Shown here: positions 37,994 to 49,870 of the stretch, piece by piece
How positions within the stretch are numbered: position 1 is the first letter of the stretch
Layout of the letters: the number at the start of each line of letters is the position of its first letter
Assembly: GCF_001194135.2 (NCBI RefSeq)
Contig: NC_068983.1
Coordinates: forward strand, 14,083,908-14,139,462
DNA from: Octopus bimaculoides
Taxonomy: Eukaryota
Length of the DNA stretch: 55,555 nucleotides
Reading direction: 5' to 3'
The notes under the pieces: model-generated
Told to the model about the DNA's origin: nothing
The model's input: only the letters and a program-made list of their open reading frames with translations
Databases searched by the model: none
Program-made: the position numbers and the translations under genes

Positions 37994-38520
37994 GTAGTAG
38001 TAGTAGTATTAGTAGTAGTAGTATTAGTAGTAGTAACATTGGTGCTCTCCAAGAACAGAAAAGTTAGAGTATCATCACCTGGCAGAGATAACGACTTCTA
38101 CATCAATAATGCTGGGGTGGGAGGGTGGTTGAAAGCTCACACGCAGTATTCCTACTAATCAAGTACCTGGACTATTTTTCGCATTTCTTTTGGCAAAAAA
38201 ACTTGGCTTCACTGTAACAAAATCCAGCTTCTTCCACTTCCTTGACACAACAATGGCATACATTATGTCGATGGTATCACTATCTTCGCAGACACTACCC
38301 TAGAAGCTACCACCTTTGTACACGAGCTTGAGCAAGTTGTTTCAGGCATTAGTATCTATACTTCAAATGCAGATATTGGTGTCTATACTTCAAATGCACT
38401 TGCTAAAATCCGGACGGTCTGGCTCAATAAACACAAGCACACAAAACTCTCTAAAGTCTATAGAATCCTTTGCAACATCGCATCTACAAAAAGACTGTTC
38501 TTACCGTGTCATCTAGGAAG
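36450..38520 (+). mobile_element. Decayed RTE-clade LINE (end of APE, linker and RT), interrupted by later insertions
   Basis: Broken frames give RLRLRSIKRKISKYPLYDWTTLNN, LNEINGSRNTNKVKLNAPCLQERLNKWKEDLQNIL, KDFDSADVKWRK (cf. KAFDS) and HYVDGITIFADTTLEATTFVHELEQVVSGISIY (cf. YADD). Confidence 0.75.
37780..37958 (-). mobile_element. 5'-truncated R4/Dong/NeSL-type LINE 3' end inserted in (ATT)n
   Basis: The minus strand encodes LTNIYNIQKITLLGTAHILRKTLSIQ* (IQK..LLGTAHILR C-terminal motif of RLE LINEs), followed by a 3' UTR and (aat)n. Confidence 0.85.
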
Positions 38521-38689
38521 CATTATTACTAGATGGCCTTAAGAGAATTTCTTTCCGTACCTTTGTAGATTATATGCTATTGATCGTGCCCAGTGCACAG
38601 ATTCTCACATAGCACCTGTATGCAACGTTTGATGGAATTTGCACCCCTATAAATAGCACCGTTCTGGTAGCCAACCTTGCCTTAAATCG

Positions 38690-38860
38690 AGAGGCGTGGA
38701 ATAGAATAGTCACGCAGCGGAAATGCCAAGAGAGGAGCGACCCGTTACCATGTCAGACATTTTAAAGATGATCTGCAAGCCTGCTAGCCAGTTGGCGACC
38801 GGTTTGCCCAATGTTGATAAAATTGCTGATGGGGTGGGAACATTGGCTCCCAAATATTAC
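38690..38860 (-). mobile_element. GIY-YIG endonuclease remnant of a Penelope-like element
   Basis: QCSHPISNFINIGQTGRQLASRLADHL*NV*HGNGSLLSWHFR resembles C..C...YIGQTGR.L..R..EHL..I......V..HF. Confidence 0.75.
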
Positions 38861-39569
38861 TGGAGGTGCAGCAAAAGAAATCCTTAATGTGGAAGTTGCA
38901 GTGATTAGGTCCAGTAAAAGTGGTAGTGTTAGAAAGGAAAGAGCAGGCGTGACAGCGACGAGGGAAATAACGAAGTAATCCGAGAGGGAGACGGGTTCAG
39001 GAAAGAAGCTATGGACAACAAATATCTGTACGTATCTACCATATATTCTAATCCGCCACATACATACTTGTTATTCTTAAAGCGACAAATACATATGTGT
39101 AAAGAGACACACATTCACTAATACGTGAAAATAGTTGGAATAATGAAATATAAAGGCAACAGCCACCATCCTATATCACTTAACGAAACATTTATTATTA
39201 AAGATTCAGTTCTGACAATCAAAAGGAAAAAAGAAACCAAAAAATGACACACGAAATACAATAAGTATGTGATTCTAATGATTACCTGTAATCTGTTAAG
39301 ACGATTTAAAACGAATCTAGTCATCTTTAATCACTTGCATAATGAATAATTAATTATATTTTGTATAGATTCGTCTTTTAAGAGAGGAAAATATTTTAAA
39401 ATTTAAACTTTATTTAAGACTTTAGATTTGTACTAATTCACATGATACACAGTAGTCTCTTTGTTCTTATGTGAGTACGTCTTCTACAAAAATTTTCCAG
39501 GAATTGTAAAATGAAAATAACCTGTGACGATTCCAAGTGTGTGTGTGTGTGTGTGTATGTATATATGTA

Positions 39570-39617
<48 letters not shown>

Positions 39618-39651
39618 TGCATGCATGCATGCATGTATATATGTATGTATA

Positions 39652-40064
39652 CCGTAAATCCTCGAGTATAGTCCGCCCTTGAGTATAATACGCAGGGGAT
39701 TTTTAGGGGGCTGTACCTCTGAAAAACCTAAACCTTGTGAATAATACGCACCCCTTCTCTAACTTGAGTCAAGGAGGTCTATATAACATCCTTGGTTTGT
39801 AAACGTATACACGGTAACGTCCTTTATTATTATTGTATATATATATAACATAATGCAAACGCGTAGCTTTTTTGTGCACTTTGTTTGCAGAAAATAAAGA
39901 AATAACAGTAATAACGTCAGTGAAAATAAATATTAAGTAAATTGCCTTTACATATTTATCACTTAGAAAATTTTGCTTAGAAAATATTTTTCATTTTTAA
40001 ACTCGTATATAGTACGCACTAGAAATTTTGACATTTAACTTTCGGGAAAAAAGTGCGGGTTATA
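39652..40064. mobile_element. Non-autonomous Tc1/mariner-superfamily (Tc2/pogo-like) MITE; right tip lost in gap
   Basis: The left end is TA-ccgtaaatcctcgagtatagtccgc. The right end aaaaaagtgcgggttata is the inverse of the inner TIR just before the N run. Confidence 0.7.
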
Positions 40065-41809
40065 NNNNNNNNNNNNNNNNNNNNNNNNNNNNNNNNNNNN
40101 NNNNNNNNNNNNNNNNNNNNNNNNNNNNNNNNNNNNNNNNNNNNNNNNNNNNNNNNNNNNNNNNNNNNNNNNNNNNNNNNNNNNNNNNNNNNNNNNNNNN
40201 NNNNNNNNNNNNNNNNNNNNNNNNNNNNNNNNNNNNNNNNNNNNNNNNNNNNNNNNNNNNNNNNNNNNNNNNNNNNNNNNNNNNNNNNNNNNNNNNNNNN
40301 NNNNNNNNNNNNNNNNNNNNNNNNNNNNNNNNNNNNNNNNNNNNNNNNNNNNNNNNNNNNNNNNNNNNNNNNNNNNNNNNNNNNNNNNNNNNNNNNNNNN
40401 NNNNNNNNNNNNNNNNNNNNNNNNNNNNNNNNNNNNNNNNNNNNNNNNNNNNNNNNNNNNNNNNNNNNNNNNNNNNNNNNNNNNNNNNNNNNNNNNNNNN
40501 NNNNNNNNNNNNNNNNNNNNNNNNNNNNNNNNNNNNNNNNNNNNNNNNNNNNNNNNNNNNNNNNNNNNNNNNNNNNNNNNNNNNNNNNNNNNNNNNNNNN
40601 NNNNNNNNNNNNNNNNNNNNNNNNNNNNNNNNNNNNNNNNNNNNNNNNNNNNNNNNNNNNNNNNNNNNNNNNNNNNNNNNNNNNNNNNNNNNNNNNNNNN
40701 NNNNNNNNNNNNNNNNNNNNNNNNNNNNNNNNNNNNNNNNNNNNNNNNNNNNNNNNNNNNNNNNNNNNNNNNNNNNNNNNNNNNNNNNNNNNNNNNNNNN
40801 NNNNNNNNNNNNNNNNNNNNNNNNNNNNNNNNNNNNNNNNNNNNNNNNNNNNNNNNNNNNNNNNNNNNNNNNNNNNNNNNNNNNNNNNNNNNNNNNNNNN
40901 NNNNNNNNNNNNNNNNNNNNNNNNNNNNNNNNNNNNNNNNNNNNNNNNNNNNNNNNNNNNNNNNNNNNNNNNNNNNNNNNNNNNNNNNNNNNNNNNNNNN
41001 NNNNNNNNNNNNNNNNNNNNNNNNACATATATATATATGCACGTATACAGTTATATATAGGTTCAATAATATTCTTAATCTAATAATGTCTTTGGAGTGT
41101 CAGTATTTATCTTCTAGAAATCTCCATACAATGACCTATTGATTAAGATATTTAGAACGAAAATAACAAAGGATATTCAGAAGACGGCATGTCTGTCTTA
41201 TCTTTGAAAAAAAAAAAAAATTGTTCTTCTTTGTAATTTTACTTATTTAATTATCTCCTTTCTTTTAATTTCCTTTCACATATTCTGAAATTTTGAACAG
41301 CACGACCAGGTGCAAATAATTAAAGTATGTTGACGTTGGAAGGCCACCAGGAAAATGAATTCTTAGAAATGTGTGAAAGCTATTTGAGAAGGTGTCTCTC
41401 GAAAATACCCGTCATTATTTAATTAGGAGACTGATATTCAATGATTAGACATTGGCATTTAAGAATTAAGCACACTAATCTTCAATAAGTGTGGTTCTAT
41501 ATAAACAAATGTATTGAAAAATAATCAGGTGACGAAAAGATTTTTAAGGTGATGTGCGAGAGTTTTGTCAGAGAATAGACCGTAGCCCGTTATTCCTTTC
41601 TAACAGTTAAAGGCTTCACATTTTATTCTAATAATAAATAAATGCACGGAAACTTTTCTTCCTGTTTCATACATTGCTGGATCAAAAGTGATATTGAATG
41701 GTAATAAGAAGTGGGTTCATGAAAGAAAGTTTTTAAAGTACGAAGAATTTAAAAAGTCCTGTGAGTCCAATGAGGATAGCTATTTACTGTACTTCCATTA
41801 AAGGTGGTA

Positions 41810-42018
41810 TAATATGATTTCAAATTTTAGCGCAAGGTCAGTAATGTCCGGTGACTCGATAAGTCGATCACATCAACACCTGTGCTCAACTAGTACTTAT
41901 TTTATTGACCTCGAAAGAATGAAAGGCAAAGTCAAACTCGGTGGGATTTGAACTTAGGACGAAATGCCGCGGAGCATTTTGCCCAGCATACTAACTATTT
42001 TGCTTGCCTGCCGCCTTT
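41810..42018 (-). mobile_element. SINE family A
   Basis: Reverse complement aaaggcggcaggcaagcaaaatagttagtatgctgggcaaaatgc ... ttcaaatcccaccgagtttgactttgcctttc ... aaaataagtactagttgagcac. Confidence 0.8.
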
Positions 42019-42295
42019 AGGTGGTATAATACGGATCTATTACTAAATACACTGTAACTTTCCTGGCTAGCACTGAGCTAAAGAATGATCACTTAGTAGC
42101 GATGGCCAATCGTGGAGAGGAATATCATAGGTACGGCAAAAGCTTAGGAAAAGAAGACAAAACTAGAGTGAAAAACCAATCAGCCTGGGGCAGATATAAT
42201 ACAAATTAATCGCAGCATTATGTCATTATGTGAGTTGCTGTAGCTGGCCTTGACTAGGAATGAGACTGGTAGACTGGATTACATAGTGATATAGT

Positions 42296-42681
42296 TGTTG
42301 TTGTTGGCACTCCGTCGTTTACGACGTCGAGGGTTCAAGTTGATCCGATCAGCGGAACAGCATGCTCGTGAAATTAACGTGCAAGTGGCTGAGCACTCCA
42401 CAGACACGTGTACCCTTAACGTAGTTCTCGGGGATATTCAGCGTGACACAGTGTGACAGAGCTGACCCTTTGAATTACAGGCACAACAGAAAGAGGAAGT
42501 AAGGGTGAGAGAAAGTTGTGGTGAAAGAGTACAGCAGGGTTCGCCACCATCCCCAGCCGGAGCCTCGTGGAGCTTTAGGTGTTTTCGCTCAATAAATACT
42601 CACAACATCCTGTCTGGGAATCGAAACCGCGATCCTATGACCGCGAGTCTGCTGCCCTAACCACTGGGCCATTGCGCCTCC
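42296..42681 (-). mobile_element. Full-length SINE family C with 13-bp TSD
   Basis: TSD atagtgatatagt at 42283-42295 and 42682-42694, A box tggcccagtgg, B box ggtttcgattccc, (aac)n tail. Confidence 0.95.
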
Positions 42682-42981
42682 ATAGTGATATAGTAGTAAA
42701 AAAAGAAATGTATATGACGTCGTACATTCAAAGGACCCAAATATTTTCTGATGCCAGACATTTACCAATATGCGTTGGCATCGTGCGTGAAAAATACGAC
42801 TAGAAGATGCTCAATCGTTGTGAACTACAATTAGGGGCTGATGAAAAATTTCTGCATGATATGTGTGCGTGTGGTGGTGGTGGGGTGTGAGATAGACAGA
42901 AGGAGAGAGTGTGTGTGTGTGTGTGTGTTGAGAGAATGAGAGAGAGAGAGAGAGAGTGAAAAAGAGAATAGGTTAACAAAC

Positions 42982-43108
42982 GAAAGAAGTTAGCACTGAA
43001 CACATTTAGTCGGTGTTGTATGTATTTAACGACAGGTTGGCTCAGCTCCACGATGTTGGTGGGCGCAGAATATGTCCAAGCCATCAGATGTCCGGCGTCA
43101 ACATAGAA
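42982..43108 (-). CDS. Candidate internal exon of an unidentified gene (FYVDAGHLMAWTYSAPTNIVELSQPVVKYIQHRLNVFSANFF)
   Basis: Strong acceptor ttttttaaatttctttcacag|, only frame 0 open after it, and GC-richer than the flanks. The donor is uncertain (TTC|gtttgt). No homology recognised. Confidence 0.35.
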
Positions 43109-43867
43109 CTGTGAAAGAAATTTAAAAAATGGCATCTGGTAGAGAATATTTAGGTCTCCGTTGGTCATTTCAGGTCAAGTGGACATTTCAGCTATCTAGC
43201 GACATCAGTTCTTTCATTGCCCTGTGTATGTTGGTAGAAAAAAATTGGTTATTCTGTAGAGTGTGGAATTTCAATGAAAATAGATAGCAAGTGGAGAAGT
43301 AACCAGTGTGGTAGTGTCTGGTTTCAAAATGAGTTTACGCGACAGGCATAACTGATGTGAGACAAGTAGTCTCCCCGCAGGCAGCAAGTATTATACACCC
43401 TGCAATTATGTGCAGCCCAGCTAGATCCATGGTGGTTTCTCTGGGTTATCAGCAGCTATTCAAAACGAAGACTTGCATGTTTTATCTTTAATATGTTCCA
43501 GCAGATTCGGACACAAATATGCTAATCGCTGTGTTATTAATGTCATCGTTTCGATTCTCGTTGTTTACTTTGCAAATAACAATTTGGTATCAATTGGCGG
43601 ATATCAACATACATTAGCAGTTTGTTTGCTAGAATTATAAGCAAAGTCATCGGCTCTTGTTAGATTCGTTAGTCCGGGTTCTTCCAGCTGATAAGATACA
43701 ACGTAACGAAACACCGGTGTTCCAGAATCCCTTGCAATAATGGATCGAGTGTGTTATGAAAGCGTCGTCGTCGTCGCAAAGGAGAGGCTGTTCTCCAGTG
43801 ATTAACCCAACAACAACTAGCATATCTGAGTTTGAATCTGCCGGAGGACGTTAAGAATAAATATATT

Positions 43868-44012
43868 AGCGGTTTGCCAAAAAGAGACCGATAGAATAAG
43901 TGCTAGGCTTACAAAGAATAAGTCCTGGGGTCGATTTTCTCGACTAAAGGCGGTGCTCCAGCATGGCCGCAGTCAAAAATGACTGAAACAAGTAAAAGAG
44001 TAAAGAGTAAAA
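43868..44012 (+). mobile_element. SINE family B, 3' part
   Basis: tagcggtttgccaaaaagagaccgatagaataagtgctaggcttacaaagaataagtcctggggtcg ... aagtaaaagagtaaagag. Confidence 0.9.
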
Positions 44013-45749
44013 AAGTATATTGACATATTTGTTAATATTTGTTTTTATTATATAAAGAATTTTACATGAAATTGAGTAATACCTTGACGTATTTTCTAGC
44101 TCTTTGCACTGTTAGTTCAAATGCTACCTCCATCAACTTTGCTCTACATCATCCGTTCGGTTTCGATACATAAAATATTTGACCAAGTAGATTGGTGAAA
44201 TGCTCTATGCCGTCATAGTCCTGTGCATTCTGTGTTCAATCCCCGTCTTTTTATCGCCAGAAACTGGGCAAACTGTTATGTACATACAAATTCACACATT
44301 GTTTCAGTTGAATTGTTACGCTTTTCCCATCAATGGATTTGATGTAATGTTAGTTACTGATTCGCTTGAATTGCTTAGATATTATGAATCATATAGCTAG
44401 AGCTTGGTTTTAACCTGTAACCAATCAGGCTTTTTTGGCAATTATTTAAGATTCTATGCATCCGAGAGCTCCTTTTGTTTCCATGGATCTGAAAAAGGGG
44501 CAAGCTTACACTAGGCATCTTAGGGTATTTTGATTGAAAATTCTTTACTTGCACTTAGATTATTTCACAAGTAGGATTAGTAATATTGCTTGAAATGGTA
44601 GGCTCATGAACGATTCAGCATTAAAAGTCTGTTGACAGGTGTATTTCCCGTTGTCTTTCACTAAATTATAAACCTTTTTTCGTTGCATGAAGAGAGAAAA
44701 TCTAAACTCGCTTATTGAGATGTCAAAACGTGCTTCATTCATATAATCCCTTTACGACATCCATTCCTAAACATAAAACAAAAAGGCTGTTTTTGTATTT
44801 AAATTTTATGGGATCCCATAACGTTCCATAAAATACTAGATTTCCAAGTAATAGATGTTTAGGACTTGGATGTTTAGTTTAAAGAATTCTTTATGAACAT
44901 TGTTTCACTGCCGTACTGCAGAATATTTTGTATCTGCAGACATACAACCAATGTCATATCTTTGTTTTGTGTTTTGCTCGCTTTCAATTCAACTTCTGTC
45001 GTCCCTAAATACGGCATTTCAATGTAGCGCTTTTTCATTTCCTCTTGCTGTCTTCATGTATTACTACACTCCAGTATATTGAGCATTGGCGAAGCGATCA
45101 CATGAATGGTTAAAAAAATTATTGTGATAATCAACAATTTCAGCAACAACATTATCACTTCTTTATCTCTTTCACTTTCAGATTTAAGACAACGGGAAGA
45201 AACATTAGATTCTCCTCTCCTCACGAGAATTGAGTGTATTGAGCAGTGGTACATATGTGTGACTCACTGTTACCTTCCTCTTTCTGTTTCTTTTAACTCT
45301 TTTACTTTTCTGTCTCCTCCCTCTCTCTCTCGTTCTGCTCTAACAGTATATATCCAAAAAGAACAAGGAACATTCGCCAATCGAAAGACAAATGTTAAGA
45401 GAAGGAAAAAAGCGATTGTATTGATGGTAGCTGTAAAAGTTTTAGACATCTTTCAGGTTTTCTTGTTATTCATTCTTTTTCACGTTCTCTTACTTTCTAT
45501 ACCTCTCCCTCGATAGATATAGAGAATAAGGAGATAGGGAATGAGAGACATACCGGAAGAGATACGCTTAGATAGGCAGAACGAAATAGAAAGGAGTGAT
45601 GGCCATGATGGCCACGGTTGGAAGATTGAATCAGGGCAGTCAACGATCGCTCTTTCAGCGTTCTTATGTACCAGGTGAACGAAGATATTTTTTCCTCCAT
45701 TATCAAATCACGGAGTTCAAAAAGATTGCCAGTTGAAATTTAGAGCAAC

Positions 45750-45793
<44 letters not shown>

Positions 45794-47599
45794 NNNNNNN
45801 NNNNNNNNNNNNNNNNNNNNNNNNNNNNNNNNNNNNNNNNNNNNNNNNNNNNNNNNNNNNNNNNNNNNNNNNNNNNNNNNNNNNNNNNNNNNNNNNNNNN
45901 NNNNNNNNNNNNNNNNNNNNNNNNNNNNNNNNNNNNNNNNNNNNNNNNNNNNNNNNNNNNNNNNNNNNNNNNNNNNNNNNNNNNNNNNNNNNNNNNNNNN
46001 NNNNNNNNNNNNNNNNNNNNNNNNNNNNNNNNNNNNNNNNNNNNNNNNNNNNNNNNNNNNNNNNNNNNNNNNNNNNNNNNNNNNNNNNNNNNNNNNNNNN
46101 NNNNNNNNNNNNNNNNNNNNNNNNNNNNNNNNNNNNNNNNNNNNNNNNNNNNNNNNNNNNNNNNNNNNNNNNNNNNNNNNNNNNNNNNNNNNNNNNNNNN
46201 NNNNNNNNNNNNNNNNNNNNNNNNNNNNNNNNNNNNNNNNNNNNNNNNNNNNNNNNNNNNNNNNNNNNNNNNNNNNNNNNNNNNNNNNNNNNNNNNNNNN
46301 NNNNNNNNNNNNNNNNNNNNNNNNNNNNNNNNNNNNNNNNNNNNNNNNNNNNNNNNNNNNNNNNNNNNNNNNNNNNNNNNNNNNNNNNNNNNNNNNNNNN
46401 NNNNNNNNNNNNNNNNNNNNNNNNNNNNNNNNNNNNNNNNNNNNNNNNNNNNNNNNNNNNNNNNNNNNNNNNNNNNNNNNNNNNNNNNNNNNNNNNNNNN
46501 NNNNNNNNNNNNNNNNNNNNNNNNNNNNNNNNNNNNNNNNNNNNNNNNNNNNNNNNNNNNNNNNNNNNNNNNNNNNNNNNNNNNNNNNNNNNNNNNNNNN
46601 NNNNNNNNNNNNNNNNNNNNNNNNNNNNNNNNNNNNNNNNNNNNATATATATATATATATATATACATATATAGGTTAGTTTTATTGATTAGAACTTACG
46701 AATAATCCACGAGAAAAGATTTACTGACAAATAAAGGGAATTGTTAGATTTAGGTATGGTAGTCAAACTTAATGTGACACTTTGAAGGATTATCTGGTTA
46801 TAATGAGATGGCATTAAACAATTAATCATTCTTTTCTATGTTGTTTGAAATAGGATACGTTTAATTCCCTTACTGTGTACTTTAGCAAAAGCATGTACAC
46901 GTGTGTGTCTGCTTGAATGAGATAGCATATGCTTCAGGTGTGTGTGTGTGTATTTGTGTAATCAGGACTATATGTTTCCGCAGTTTTGTCTTCGATCCCC
47001 CACCCCTGTTTTTGTCTCTTTTTATATTTTCATCCCTTTCCTGTATTTGTGTGTCTCCATACGAGTTAAAATGAAAGCTCAATCATTTACTATTTTTGAA
47101 AGCGGATAAAACGCAAATTCAGATAAATTGTCCACGCTCCAGTTAATACTTCCTGAAAGAGAGAACGACCCGGAATCACCTATTCAAACAGCTTTCACAT
47201 ATGTCTATGACTTCATTTCATAGATTCATAAAACTTTAATATATTGCTGCTTAATATTCCTATCGGGATGAGAACAAATTGTTGTCGACCTCGTTATTTT
47301 TAGTCATCCTGCTGTAGTAGTTCCAGCTTCCGTGGGTTTTATTGATATTGCTGTTCAGTAATTTGCTAAAAATATTAAATCTAATAAATATTTCATTTGG
47401 CACACGAGAGATGAACAGGAGAATGTCTATTGTCCGTCTGTCTACGTCGTCCAGGGAAGGAGAGTGGGAGAAAGATAGTTTCGTTCGTTTTCATGATTCA
47501 CAATACGAACTCAACACGGTATAATTACCACACTTTTCTCAGAGGTGAGAGATGATACCCTATTTGAGATACATTGGACAAAAGTAACCAAGGAGGGGT

Positions 47600-47981
47600 T
47601 GTTGTTGTTGGCACTCCGTCGCTTACGACGCCGAGGGTTCCAGTTGATCCGATCAACGGAACAGCCTACTCGTGAAAGTGGCTGAGTACTCCACAGACAC
47701 GTGTACCCTTAACATAGTTCTCGGGGATATTCAGCGTGACACAGAGTGTGACAAGGCTGACAATTTGAATTACAGGCACAACAGAAACAGGAAGTAAGAG
47801 TGAGAGAAAGTTGTGGCGAAAGAATACAGCAGGGTTCACCACCATCCCCTGCCGGAGCCTCATGGAACTTTTTTAGGTGTTTTCGCTCAATAAACACTCA
47901 CAACCCCCGGTCTGGGAATCGAAACCGCGATCCTATGACCGTGAGTCCGCTGCCCTAACCACTGGGCCATTGCGCCTCCAC
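47600..47981 (-). mobile_element. Full-length SINE family C with 14-bp TSD and a ~11-nt internal deletion
   Basis: TSD aaccaaggaggggt at 47586-47599 and 47982-47995. It lacks ttaacgtgcaa, which the other two copies carry. Confidence 0.95.
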
Positions 47982-48689
47982 AACCAAGGAGGGGTATACA
48001 ATATAAAAACAAAAGAAAAAACAAATAAATAAACAAGAAAACACCAAAAAAGCAAACAAAAAACAAAGAGCAAAAAAAGCGGTGGTTACGGCTGGAGTGT
48101 TTCCTGAAGTCGGTTTCTTTGTTCAATACAGACTTGGGGTTAATCAACAACACCAACTATTCCCCAAGAAGTGGAAAAGTCTCTACATGTTCGTTTGCTT
48201 TGCTAGTTATAGGACCCAAATCGTTTTAAAGGAACCAGAAAAGGCATCGGATAATGTATATAATTTAAAGTAAACTGTTGAAAGGATGGGATGTTTACAA
48301 CTAGAATGACTTTCACCATAGATTTTTCGCACTAAGGGTTGACCCGAGAGTAAACAACAAAACAACACCAAAACAACAATAAAACGACAACAAAATGACG
48401 ATAGAAAATCTCTAGTTCACTGGTGGATCATTCAGCCGTTGTTGTAGACTCGGGTATTCAATCTGAAACTAATTGAATCATGTAATTTAGCTTCTTGCGC
48501 GCAACTTACTCGTTTTATGTGCCTTTATAATAAAATGCAATTGTTTAGAATAATATATCATTATAGGAGCAAGAGAGACACGGCTATTATGCAGTCGAAA
48601 GAACACGTTCCTCTATCCTCGCCGACCACCAGGATTTGTTTTAAATGGAAGGAAACAATCAATAATGAATCAGTGATATATAAGTTATC

Positions 48690-48830
48690 TCCATGGATTT
48701 TGGGAATGGAACGAATGGTAGATTCATTGACACCAAACCAGCGGCTCACAGCAGCTAACCTTCGTCATCATCCCTATCTTTTCTTGTGGAGAATACACTC
48801 GTCCGTGTTGTTTGTTAGGATCAGGTGCCT
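48690..48830 (-). mobile_element. Tigger/pogo transposase N-terminal HTH remnant
   Basis: RVYSPQEKIGMM then (frameshift) LAAVSRWFGVNESTIRSI, matching the psq-type HTH motif TL.EK.....AAVAR.FGVNESTIR.I. Confidence 0.75.
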
Positions 48831-49032
48831 TTTGTTTTTTATTCACTGGTCCAATGTATGTAAATTCGTAGAAGAAATACGCAGCCATGTAACATGGTCA
48901 TGTATTTTTCTTATCCGATTTTTCTTATCCGTGTTAATTGTTAACAAGGGTAAAATACACAATATATATATATATTTCGTTTTTGGATTTGGCTTGCAAG
49001 ATTCTTTATGTGAGTTCGTGTGTTGAAGCATA

Positions 49033-49289
49033 TTCTGTTGTGTCTGGGGAGAGTCATTCTTTTATGGTGCCTTATAATTTAACGCAGTCACCGGTAAAAT
49101 TTCCACTTATTTCTTTTTTTAAATTTTCTAAAATTTTCGTTGCGTCTTGCAGCCTTTTGAATAGTTTTGACTCAAAACTATTGAAAAGGTTGCAAGACGT
49201 AACGAAAATTTTAGGAAAAAAAAAAAAAAAAGAAGTGCGTTTAATTATAAGGCACCAAAAGAGAATGACTCTCCCCAGATACAACGGAA
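49033..49289. mobile_element. TA-flanked palindromic MITE-like foldback element
   Basis: The centre atagttttga-c-tcaaaactat is at 49171. The inner 43-bp arms have 3 mismatches. The outer ~55-bp arms (ttctgttgtgtctggggagagtcattc / gaatgactctccccagatacaacggaa) also pair. TA lies on both sides. Confidence 0.85.
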
Positions 49290-49389
49290 TATATATAAGT
49301 ATGTTTGACGGCACTTTTTTTATCACACACGCAATCCTCTCGAAAGATCAAAAACCGAGTGTAATAGGACTTTTGCAAAGCCCGGTAAC

Positions 49390-49870
49390 TAGAGAAAATA
49401 AGACAGTTACGAACGATCTCTACTATAAGGATGCAGACGCATACCAATATTTAGATTTTAGATGTTGCCACAGTTCCGATGCAGAAAGGAACATACTATC
49501 CAATGTAGCAAGTCGTATATGTTCAATAATTACAAACACCAAAACACGAGGGAAACGACAGCTAGTACAAAGAATGTTCTTTGAAAGACAGAAATGCCGT
49601 CAAAATCATACTATTACCAAAGCAAGAAAAATTCGAATCTCTACCTTACGGAGAATAATTCACACTGAGGGAGAAAACGAAAATATAAATTTGAATATTC
49701 TATTCGTAGTCACCAATTATCACAGGGACCACAACATCCTACATTCAGCCAAACGATATCTAATACACATTAGACACAAAAATACACACTGTAGGCAAAC
49801 TTCTTCCACAAAAGTTAGTGGTGATCTGTTAAATAAAACATTTTTTAACATAGTCAACAACCTTAAAAAA
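49390..49870 (+). mobile_element. Penelope-like element RT C-terminal/thumb remnant
   Basis: NDLYYKDADAYQYLDFRCCHSSDAERNILSNVASRICSII resembles the PLE motif TDLYYKPTD.HQYL.F.SCHP.H.K.NIP...A.RIC.I. Confidence 0.8.

Noticed and set aside
42600-42681. tRNA genes at the heads of SINE C copies (also about 34360-34432 and 47900-47981)
   Set aside because: A and B boxes are present, but each head continues into a SINE body with a tail and TSDs. There is no acceptor-stem closure or terminator.
44560-44775. Minus-strand ORF MNEARFDISISEFRFSLFMQRKK... with an upstream acceptor-like site
   Set aside because: All frames from the acceptor hit stops before the ORF, and no homology was recognised.
12158-46674. 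Long ORFs of 250-350 aa in the track (e.g. 12158-13048, 25722-26714, 40028-41083, 45703-46668)
   Set aside because: They are composed of X residues from N gaps and are not real reading frames.
48517-49026. 169-aa + strand ORF
   Set aside because: It is antisense to the Tigger HTH remnant and has no recognisable motifs.
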